DNA of 64,000 nucleotides, taken from NCBI GenBank assembly GCA_965644265.1, contig OZ286473.1, positions 81,654,001 through 81,718,000 of the forward strand. The letters run 5' to 3'. Positions 13,101 to 25,100 of this stretch are shown one piece after another; position 1 is the first letter of the stretch; the number at the start of each line of letters is the position of its first letter. This DNA is from Glycera tridactyla. Lineage: Eukaryota. Under the pieces are notes generated by a model. That model saw only the letters and a list, made by a program, of their open reading frames with translations. It was not told where the DNA came from and did no database searches. The position numbers and the translations under genes are program-made.

Positions 13101-16100
13101 TGAAAAGACAGCATAGAGTGCTGCCAACAATTCAATGTGAAAACACCATAATTTTTCTGCAGAGGAGTAAGACCGATGCTTTTGAGAGAGGTTGGAGTTT
13201 TTTATCTCTAGTCTTGATGAACTTGGAACCAGTGATGGTGAGGTTTGCCTTGTACTTACTTAGTCACATACCAAAGAAACCCAGTTGCATTCAAGCGTAA
13301 AAGCCTATTTGGGAGAGTGACGTCATGAAAGTTGGCTCCCTTTTCATTGCGGAAAAACGTGTCTGGGATCCATATATCCCGCCATTTATCAATTCCCATT
13401 CTAATCTCCACGATATTACCGCCATCTGGCGACTCGAATGCAAGGCGGGGGTCTCTCCACGACTGTCGCAGATACATGCTTACTGAATAATCCTGTCGGA
13501 GTGAAAGAAACGCACCAGCAAGGCAAATTAGTATGGGTGAGGGCAGACCAAGGTGGGGATGTTCCCATGGCAAAGCGTCCCAAGGAGAAGCGGGGAAAGC
13601 CATGGGATCAGCCCCGCAGGCGGTGGAGGGTTTCCAGTAGGAGGCGGCCACCTTATACCAGGGTAGGCAAAACAGGAGAATAGTTGACGCATTCGCACTC
13701 TCAGGGCAAAATACATGCAACCCTGTCAAACTACCAAATGTGTAAAAATCTTCAATTGTGTATGAGCGCGCGCTTGGCTGGTTGCATTTGAGGAATGTAC
13801 AAACCGTGCAGGCTAGACTAGAGAATGCAATGCAAAACTCGTGCAAGCTAAATTGCACACTCCCATGGTGTGAGAGATATAATGAGCACAATAGTGTAAA
13901 AGAACGCACCAGGTTAGTCGGACATTGAGGCAAAACACTTGCTCAGTTACACAGCAAACTTTCTGTTGGGAAACAGAAAGTTGAATATGACCGTCTCAAA
14001 ACTAGAAACCCTCCCAAGACTCGCCCACAGTACGAACACACGTCTAAGCTAGATCAACACACTACCAGTAGTTATAGGAACATACAGAGATATATACACA
14101 TAGAAATAGTACTTACTTAGTCACATACCACATATGACCCGTTGCATTTAATTTTAAAAGTCTATTGGGTACAGTTATGGCGTGGAACGATGCGCCTTTT
14201 TCGTTACGGAAGAATGTATCAGGTATCCATATCTCGTTCCATTTTCCCTCCTCCAATTTGATTTCTTTGACTCCATCGACGGGATCAAAGGTCAGCCTAG
14301 GGTCCCTCCAGGCTTGGCGCAGGTAAAAGTTAAGGGAGTAGTCCTAGTGGAAGAAGAGAGGCAGCGCCAAAGTCCTCTAATTAGCGTGGTGACGTCATCA
14401 TCAGCAGGCACAGCGTTTGATTCAAATGACGCCATAACAGGCACATGGGACAATGTCTAGTGATGGTCAATGATGATTTGGTCAGGTGGCCACTCAGATA
14501 GCTCTGCTGCAACTTTTTCTCCAAGTTCATGTTTCGAATAGTTTGTACAGTTTCTATCTAGTGAGGTAACTATTCAAGACAGCCACTATCTGAATATATT
14601 TGATAGTGAAATGACCAGGTAGTTACATATCTAGACAGTTCCCAACCTCGGCGAGGAATAGGGGTAATTTATTGCAAGAGAAAATTCGCCATATACTGTA
14701 AGCAAACGGTTCTCTATATTCTGGCATGTTTCATATCTCTCACAGGAGCTACTATCCCGTTCCACTTGCCATCACATGTCAGTGTGGGTATGCTACCTGC
14801 TCTGAAGATTGACAAGACATGACTTGATCTAATTAATCAGTCAATATTGGCGTGCCCAGATGTATCTTCATATAGAACAGTTAGTATGTAATTTTAAAAG
14901 CTAGGTGTTAGCTCACTGTTAGTGGCCGATATAAAAAGTATCATTTCACGGATCAGTCTTGAATGTACCTCCTAGTTAAATAACAGCTCAATTTTCATGC
15001 CAGGATCTTAATTGGCATCATGTGCACCGGAATTCTTGTAATTCTGGTTTGAAGGATCTTTGCTTGTGATACTGTTTTCTCCTGGTCAAGATTTTGAGCT
15101 TTCATTCTTCTTTCTCAAAAGATATGAGTCCATAACATGGACACGTATGGTAATCGCCACTGCATAAGAGCGAGCAGTGTAGAGTATATCACATCGGACA
15201 TGAGATGATGCAGGTATCTTGCGTGGAATTTAGCATAGTCAAGCTTCAGCTCAAGCAGTGGTTTGCCAAATGAACTACAAGTAATTGATCAGAACTACTA
15301 CTAGCCGTTTGCTAGAAAGGATTATGGTGCTTGTGAGAAATAATTGACTGGACTTGTTGATGTCGCAAAAAAGCCATATATATATATTCATGGATATATA
15401 TTTATATATATATACATATATATATATCCCCACAGTCGGCATCGAATTCTGAGAGGCTCTTCCTGTGGAAAAGGCACCATACTAACACCTGTGATGCATA
15501 TATTCTATCGAAGGGTCGGGACAGACACTCAATACATATGTCTGACTGACTGCTCATCTTTCCACCAGGTTGGCATAAGCTGTGGGTCACAGATCAAATG
15601 GAGGTGGTGGCAAGGTTTTTCTAAAGATTAAATTCTGCGCACAACACGCACAAAAATGAAGCTTAAGAAGTTCTGAAGTAGAAGTAACAGTCTGCCAACG
15701 TCAAGCCTGTGGCATGCAGGATTGACTATTGCTGGCCATTACCCCTACTGCTGCCACTGCGGAGAGGAGGAGCAGAAATGTAAAACAGCAGAGAAGAGAT
15801 AGAGACCTACATATCCATGTCATGAAAGAGCAGTTATAACAACATCGAATTTAATACACATAAACATATTGTTCGGTGTTCCAGGCTCAGCATGTAATGA
15901 TACAAAACTTTATAGTGTAACATGGACAAAGTGTTTCAGAAAACTGTTGACACTGTCCAAAATATTATGCCCAAAGTGGTTATTATATGGGTCACTGGTC
16001 AAATTTCACAGGTTGCCACCTCACTTGTAGTAACAGATGTGACTGAAACAATATGATCTTAAGAATATTGTATTTGTGTACATTCTCGCTCAATGTGATG

Positions 16101-19100
16101 CATATTTGTCCACCCTTTTCTCTATATCTGCCGATTTCAAGAACTTTTATGAAAAGTTCATAAAGAAATAATGAAGATCTCATTCCAGCTATCCCTCATA
16201 ATATGAAATGATGGGTGCAATGGTCACCCATTGTGAAGCCAGAATCAACGAGATATGAATTTCAATTAGAGTAGAGTAGATATATAATTGTCATATTCAA
16301 GCGCATTAATAACTTTAAATTTAAAAAAAACTTTGCATGCGAAAGTGACTGACTTTACTGATAGGATGATTTAGATATTATGGATCATTGAAATCCTATA
16401 TCATCTAGAATACTGATGTGATTTGTATCATTATAAGCTTCTGTGGATTGCCGCTTATGAGCCCTACCAAATCCAGGTCTGAAATCCATGTCATAAAGCA
16501 CTGGAGAAAAACGTACTGCATAGACTTCCAGGCCTGTATTGACACGATGTATACATATAATTTTTGAGAAATTTAGAACGAAAAATGACATGGTCTGATG
16601 GCATCACGTCCATTTGAAATAGACCACGAGGAGTCATTCATCGAATGCTACATTCCATGTGCACTTCTTCATGAGATCAATAGATAGTATACACCAGAAT
16701 TTGTCCAATGTCAAATATGGATTTGGGAAGACTCAGCCATCATATACAGATAGTTGTCATTATATCATCAATACGCATAGATCAATATATAATCCAGTGG
16801 TTATAGACAGCGTTACATGAATATTGGTATTCATTCAGAGATATCAGCTCTTGTTTTGTCGGAGTGCCTCAACTTCGATATCAACTGGAAGATCAAAAGC
16901 TTTATTTCTCGCTTTTGTTGCTCAGGTAAATTTTGATGGACTATCGAAGTTTCGATGAAATCAGCCATGTCATGGCCGTACCGTGTCCAGATATGATATT
17001 GTCTGACATCCCTTGGTCAGAATGTATAGGATGTCTAGCTGCTTAGAGTCATTACATATCTTGTAAGACATGCACTTTTATACGGAACAATGCTCAACAC
17101 CTAGAGAATCAAATAGCATGTTCGATCTGAAGTGTTCAATGCTGCCCAATCACAGTATGTGATTGATGAGCACCTCTATTGAATGAAATGATGGGAAATA
17201 TAACTGACATCTTTTCACACACAACATAACATGAGCTGATTGACAACTACCCACTTGGAAGTAACATTATGAACAAATGAGAACAATGCGAACTATATAC
17301 TACAAATTATCTCAATAGAATGTTTTACTGTAATCGATATCATCTCTATCTATCCATATTGTATTGTGCTCCTGAATGGATACTCTATGGGGCCCTGCAT
17401 AAGCTCACATATACTAATATATAATCTACTGACCGGGGATAGAAAATAGTAAAATGCCCTACATCTCCAGACCACTTATCTTGAATATCATTTAAAGTTT
17501 CAGGCATGCCTTTACGGATGTGAGGATGAAGCTGATGTTTTCAAAAAAGTGTTGGGGAAGATAAATTAAGTGAGTGAATTCCATCATCTAAATATTGAAT
17601 TCAGGCTGATGACTATGCCATTTGTCCGGTCCTGCTCTTTCAGACGAAATATTGGATTGTTTCTCTGAATCTAACAGTCTAATGCTCACATAAATCTGAA
17701 GAGACTTTTGTTAAGGTATAGATGATATGATGTATTTCTAATCCCCAGACAAAGACAAAACATCTGTTCCAAATATTTTATAATAATCTATTCACAGATT
17801 CTTTGAGAGCTTGCATGTGCTTGGACTGAGGCCATTTAACACCTTATGTGCTTTTTATATCGGACCAGGAGTCTCTGGTGAAACCAATGCCTGTTCAACA
17901 CCCATTACAATCGTGATGATCGCTATTACATAGATCTACTTCAGAAAGAATCAGGTTATATACCTGCTACAAAATGGCTTGATTCAACAATATCATTCAC
18001 CAATTGCTATGAAATACACCACTGCCCTCACAAGCTATACTCAAATCCATGGAATTAGGTGCATATCTGTGTCTACTGTATCATACTAGATGGAATCTAC
18101 ACCATAGACTGTGAAGAGATATGTGATTGCAGTGTAATACAATTATACTTACCATGGTTTGTTCACTAATTGAATAAAAACTGTTGACGTAGATACCCAG
18201 GCGTACTTGGGTTGGACGATCTGAAAATAAGTTAAAATGTTGACTGGTATATGAACATTATCCATTGCATTAGTTTGGTATTGCTCCATTAACAGCAGTC
18301 ATGATACTGAAGATTTGCTCCAATCGTGCTAATGATTTCTGATAATTTCTCTCTGATATTTCACATAAATATGATGAAGAACGTTGACATTGATGTAGAT
18401 GATATCACAGTCATATATGAAAATCTGTACTAAGGAACTACGATATTAGGGCGAAATTCAATTTAACTGTGAGATAACAAATTCTGATATGCCATTATGG
18501 AATGAATCTGTTCCTGAACGAAGGCTGTTTCAAAGCTGCATAGCAAAGAATGAACTATGATGACACACGTCATATACTTCATATGCTGATATTAATCATT
18601 ATTTGTTATTTTAGCTTCCAAAAAGACTTTGATATCAGATCACATTTGTAAAAAAATTATTCTATACCTGTACTAGTCAATATCCATTACCACACCATAG
18701 TTCCACGTGTAAGTTTCATGCTTTAGCCATGACTGCACTCCAGGTGAAAAACCACAACATGCTCATTCTCCTGGCCAAATCATAATGAAACGAAATAAAT
18801 TGGTTTGAACTGTTGGGGTACATTGTCCACTTCAGCATTACATCAGGCCATCATGGCCACTACATTACGCAGTTAATATGGGATCAATTCACGTGGACTC
18901 AATTTGGAGGGAAAAAAATGGTCATATCAGTTTATCATGCAATGATGTATGTAGGATAACATGTGCGTGTGTGTCATTGAATCCAGTTTAATTCACAGTT
19001 TTGCTTTCTGTACTTGTCAGTCCACTGAGATGTCAATCAGTAGCCACAAGAAGTAGTAATCAAGATACATTTAGTAACGTCCGAGGGGTGTTTACAGGTT

Positions 19101-22100
19101 TACAACACTAGTGTCTAGTGTAGTATGATGATGAATTGGTCACATAAACGACCATTTCACGTCAACCTCCAGTATGAAATATAATCCAGATATTGAGGAT
19201 GAGATTGAGGATGATCTGAATCTTTTCTGGACAGTGTTTCGATAGAGCAGTATTGCGGCTGTGCCGAGATAAAGATTGGGAACGCAATCTGGCTTTGGAC
19301 ATGCTAAATACATGAATATCATTTGATGGATTGATATTTCCGAAATTCTCTACATAGGCATCTTTATCAACCATAGGAGACTGAAGCTTTGACACGTTAT
19401 GGATCGATGATTGATGGGAAAGCCGACCATCTTTTGTTGATCAAATATTCAAGTCAAATGTCATTCTGTGAATGTCGAGGGAGATACTACTTTGCGATTC
19501 CTCGAATCAAAATGATCAACATTGAGCAGAGATGAACAGAGTGGATTCAGCTGGCATTCTACTTTGTATATCAGATGATCTGTTCTCATTTTATACGGAT
19601 TCTCATCGGGCAAATGCCCAGATACCGATGAAATCAATAATTACTATGAAGAGAAGTATGTGAATTGAAAAGTGCTTGGCAATCAGGGAGACAATCGGGA
19701 AGGATACGAGCCACACCATTCAAAAAATGTGTTCCAAAGTAGAATCGATTGAATAATATTATCTCAATTCAAGCAACGAAGCAGGTATGTTATAATGGGT
19801 TTACCCTTGATCTGCTCTCTGTGGTGTCAATCTGATGCAAACTAAATGTAACCAATACCAGCTCCAATATGCCTAGTATTCATAAGAATCCTCGATCAGT
19901 AGCAACCTACTCTTGAGACAAGTCTTGGCCATACCATGATAGAGAAAGAAGCATCCTTGAAGCATTGGAATAACTGCGAACTTGACCTTTCAAGAACCTA
20001 CAAAATTTGAAGCCCTCACACAGATAGTGAGAGATAGGACCACATTTGCCACACAATTGAAAAAAAGAACAATTTCTGCAATGTACCCAAAAGTGAATTC
20101 ATACAAAGATGAAATCCCATCCTGGAAAAGTTTGCAACAATGCTACCTGATTTCAATCGAATACATAGACCTAGAAATCTGATGAATTATTGTATAATAC
20201 TAGAATCACTATCATCACAACCCGAAATTCTTTCATCCCCAGGATATCCATCTGACTTTATGGAGACATGAGCAATATATTTCTTTTATTGATAGTGTCG
20301 AAATTTAGATTCATAGGAGCTGTAGAGTCATCTGTAGCGAACTGTTAAACAAAACAGATATCTATGCTGATAATCAGGTAAGTACTGAAAACAGAAAATC
20401 GACCTACTTGAAATCTGAGCTGCCCTGATTCAGAATGAGAATACGACAGAATCTAAGTTATGTAACATAGGCTATCTTCACTCTTAGCGGAGAGTTGATG
20501 GATGCAGGTATAGGCCTACTCAGGAGTTTCTCATCCTTATACCCAAACTGGATTTAAGAACCTGCTTTGGCAAGGTTATTTTGAACCTTCAAGCAGTGAG
20601 CCATATCTCGCTTTAAGAATGTCGCAAAGGTCATTGAAATCATGTCAAATGGGAAGCAACAAACAACTAACTGATTAATGAAATCAACCAGAAATCACCA
20701 CCCTCAGGGCTTACTTCCTACAGCGTGCACACACTAGTTATTAGCAAATTCTAGGGTATGCATGCATCACAAGGCTGTGCCATTTGACAGGTGTTTCAAA
20801 AGCTTGACACCACCAATCAGCCGTTGGACTCCTACCCTTCGTAGGTGGATCTCGTTTGGCATACCCCGACAACAGACGGTTGTGAATGTTTGTAACACGC
20901 CTGTGCATTTCACTTTTAAACCTGTGAAGCAAAAACCGAACAGAACTGGTGAATACTCAAAGATGTTGCACCTGTCACAGATGTATGCAATAACGAATTT
21001 GTCCACGGGCCCAGGGTGCGGAAGCATTGTAATCCTCAAATTAAGGGTTCTTCAAAATATGGGAAAGTTTTGGGCTTGTACAACAATGCATTGTTAGTAT
21101 GGTTATTCACATCATGCATCTTGAGGGGGCACAGTACCACTGGCCATATGATGAAGTCCTACCTAACATAGGTGGGTCCCTTTTAGCATAGTGTTTGTTC
21201 AGTCGCCATTCTATCAACTCAACAGTTCCCAATCTCCCTAAACGTCTGTGGAGAAAATAAGAAATTATATTGAATGTCCCAGACTACTACAACCAGTAGG
21301 GAATCATTGAGAGGGAAAAACTGGTATATATGCTGCAACCTGAATAACGACCTTAGCAGCTGCCATGGCTTCAATCTCGAGCTTAAATCGCCATGGTGAC
21401 ATCCACATGAACATAAATCACTTGGACAATCCCAGTTCAACATATACACATATGTATGTATGTATGTATACACATATATAAATGTATATACATATATGCC
21501 TGAAATCAAACCCCATGGACGACTCATTTGCCATTATTTTCATTTTTTTGCGCAGTGAATCTGAATAGTCCTGATTATGTTAGCTTGAAAACTGGGACGG
21601 ATATGATATGAAGAATAAAGAAAGATGAAAAATCACAATCCATTCCAATCCAATCCAAATGCCAAGATGATATTGACATACCACTGAAAACCACTGACTT
21701 ATCGGTGCACATGTCCAGTCTCTTCATAGAAATAGTTCACATCTATTCTACTTTGGTGTGTCTCTGAAATATATCTTGCTCCTATTCTGATATTATAGTA
21801 TGGCTGCAGAAATGTACTTCATTTTGACATTGGGATACCCAGGATTCGAATATTATTGAAAGGAATCTCCTTGAAAATTTTTGGTAGCAAGAAAATGAAT
21901 ACTCAACGCAGAAAACTCTTGAAGTATGTTATTTTGAACCCAGTCATGCTGTTGCGCGAAGAAGATTGTGCTCACACAGGTATCAGGAGCAAATATTCTA
22001 TGTCGATCATGAATACAATATCAAAAAAGTATCCATGAGTGGGATGTAAAGAACCTCCACCTTGTCCAAAAATGGAGACTCAAATATCAATTTGTTGTCT

Positions 22101-25100
22101 GGAGATGTCAAAATGCATTAGTGATATTCGAACTTCACCCCAGTTCTTAATATAACTGGCATGTTAATATCATCGAAATATTACCAAGCAGATTTAGATC
22201 ATGATGAATGAAAAATCAATCACAGGTGATAAAAGATAGACATGGAGAAATCATGAGAAACCCGAAGTAGCCAAAAAGATAAAAATAATAATTTTGCGTT
22301 TTCGTCAGTATTAGTGTCATACATGAGACATGAAATATGATAATGTTGTTGAATTGGAGGGAAATATAAAATCATCAACAAAGCTCTCTCTCTCTAGACA
22401 GAATTGATGGTATTTGCAACCTCTTATCAGTATATTAGATGAGACAGACCAAGGCAATACAACACCATTGTATGATCAGAACATATAGGATGGACCACTA
22501 TTTCGAAAATGGAACTCCATAATGAGATACTATGATAATTTCTTTATCACACTCTTACCCACCATTTGACAGGCAGACAAATGTCAGTATTCAAGTCAAA
22601 TCTTGCGATGAGGATTGACCATTACCACAGCCCTATTGAATTCAGAACTTACTAATACTTGCTTGTCCATTTGTGGATTTCACTTCTGAGAAATTCCGAC
22701 CAGATGAGACATAACCATATATCTGTTTAATGTAGCAGTAGTGTGGGTCTTGGTTAGAAGACGGCCACTTCTGAGTACCCTGTTGAAGACAGGAATGTCA
22801 CCAACATATGAAGCTTTACGAAATAAATGTAAAGTTCATGATAGGAAGGAACACTATATTCATGACCAACGAAGATCTACCTGCTTATTTCCATTTCTTC
22901 AAACATAGGCTAGACCAAATCATTGTTGGCTTCCACTGAGTCTATTCATTGAGATTAAGGAAGCTGTCTCTGACTGGCATTTTCGACTGACAAATGATGA
23001 GATTCCTCCACAACAGTATGTCATGAATGGGGTAGGCACCGCATAATTGGCATACTTCGCCAGCTCATTACCCTTCCCTAAGCTCTAGTATATAGGCAAA
23101 GCATATTGCACGAAAATTGATCACATATACAGTCTATTCAATTATGCAAGATCTCACTGGGGTGATGCTGAGTACCCTGCTGAGCCACTGTCACCTCCCC
23201 ATTTGAGAGCAGAGGTCGACAGGTCAAGAGTGGATAAATGTAAGGATACATGTTTTGTGTTAAATGGCTGTTAGTCATGGAAGAAAACTTTCTGCCTGAA
23301 TTTTAAACTTTATATAAATTATTTTCTTTCCTTTCAAAAGAACATGGCAAGCCAAATTCCATGCTGGATATCAGTGTGAATGATTCCAAAATAAATCTAA
23401 AAAAAAATAATATCAGTTGATATTCTGTCTCTAATCAGTTATATTAGCAAAGAATACCACTTTGTTCACGCTCTCACTGGGTGAAGATCGGCAGTCAAAG
23501 CTCTGATCCGCAATTTCCAATAATGTGACCACCCCAAAAAGTCTTGAATTTTTGAACAGACTGTGGGAAAAGTGAAAGAATCCAGCAGGCCTTCAGAAAA
23601 GAGTATTGTGTAGAAAATGGAAAAATTATGGTTATATAATTATCAACTAATAAAACCTCTACGAAACCATAAGAAGGTCATGCCTGTCCAGACATTATCG
23701 GAGGAATGATACATTATCCCACGGCAATATTTACTTTTGTTCATGGCATCATTTGGAGTATTTTCATGAGTGAAGATCAGGCCAGAGGACGTCCCTCATT
23801 TTTATCTGATTTATTTTCACAATGTTATTCACTTCGCTTTTCTATACTTCCTCACTCAAGGAAGGTGGTGATAAAATTATCTTGGAATGGGATTTCAAGA
23901 ATAGTTCAGGAAGGGTGTCCTTTTCCGAATTATTCTGTGGTAATCTGAAGGAAGAGATCAAGATTACAGATTACAGAGAGGCAATCTTGTAATTTGTGCA
24001 GGAGTGATTTTGCTCAACATGAGACTTCAAAAAGATGACTGATATACAAGCCATAGCCTGTGCAACACCCATGCACTATCACCTGATGATTCATGTGCAT
24101 AATTCCAGTTTTTGCTCTCTATTCAATAAATAGCTCTCTCTATGAGGCTTGGTTTTGTATTCAAAACTGATGTAAAATTACAATTCCTTTAATGCAGTCA
24201 ATTTTGTCTGACTTCAGATCCATGGTTCAAACCAGCATGAGTCCAATGTAACATGATACAATGCACATACGTCACTTTTATTGATATTTACCTGTTACTT
24301 TTACAAGATCTAGATTCAGACTGCAGATTTTCTGTTAATTTGAAAGCAACTCCTGGAAGAAATAAGACAAGTCGAAAAGACATAGAAACCGCTATAGTTA
24401 GTTTTGGCTTCAGACAGTACCGAACATTAAAAATATTCCACACGCAGGATAGCTTTGACGTGCGGCAGCTATCTAAGTATAAAACCAACTACAGTCGGAG
24501 ATATGGAGTATTCACAACACTCAGACACTCATAGAGCAAACTGAATGAATATATACAGTGAAAGAGAAGAGCAATATGGCGGAAGTAGTAGTAGTAGTGT
24601 AGTTTGTTGACCAGTAGATGTCGGTGTTGGTGTGTTACCTTTCATAGGCGGCTCCTGACGGTTATAATGGTGCATCAGTGTGTCAACTATCTTATTTGCA
24701 TCACTTCTCGTTCGACAGAAAGGAAAACATAGACATTTTGATGGTTAGTATTATCAGATTACCTTTCATGGGCGGCTCCTGACGGTTGTAATAATGCAGC
24801 AGTCTGTCAACAAGTGAACTTGCATCACTTCTCGTGGGAGGGAAAGGGAAACATAAAGTTCGACGGTTAGTATTGAACTCTCGCCAACCAACAAAACAAA
24901 CATTCTCAGAGCAGATGGTAGCATTAATAAAAGCCCAAAACATCATTTTGTAACCATGGTGACTGACAGGAAACAGACTCAAAGATGAAAATTACACACA
25001 CACTCACACATGAATACGATCTTTGTACTTCCTATCTGTTTTGTTCTGTAGAAAGTCAATATGCTTCTTCACGATTAGAGAGACTTCTCCTCCTGAATAA

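Noticed and set aside
13493-13933. N-terminal 147 aa of ORF 13256..13933
   Set aside because: Intronic read-through upstream of the true acceptor at 13493; only the part from DYSVSM onward is coding.
16468-16500. 33-nt minus-strand segment LYDMDFRPGFG with AG/GT ends, resembling YDxRxRPxFG
   Set aside because: It lies downstream of exon 3 (wrong order), and its phase 1-to-1 ends cannot fit the phase-0 intron; probably chance.
22653-22685. 33-nt AG/GT-flanked segment SEIHKWTSKY resembling the start of B6
   Set aside because: No PP motif, it ends in phase 2 and would create a stop with B5/B6; at best a decayed relic.
13260-24830. Duplicated exons as fragments of several tandem receptor genes
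   Set aside because: Only one 68-nt exon and one Cys-loop exon were found, and the copies are grouped slot by slot in transcript order, as expected for alternative exons of one gene.
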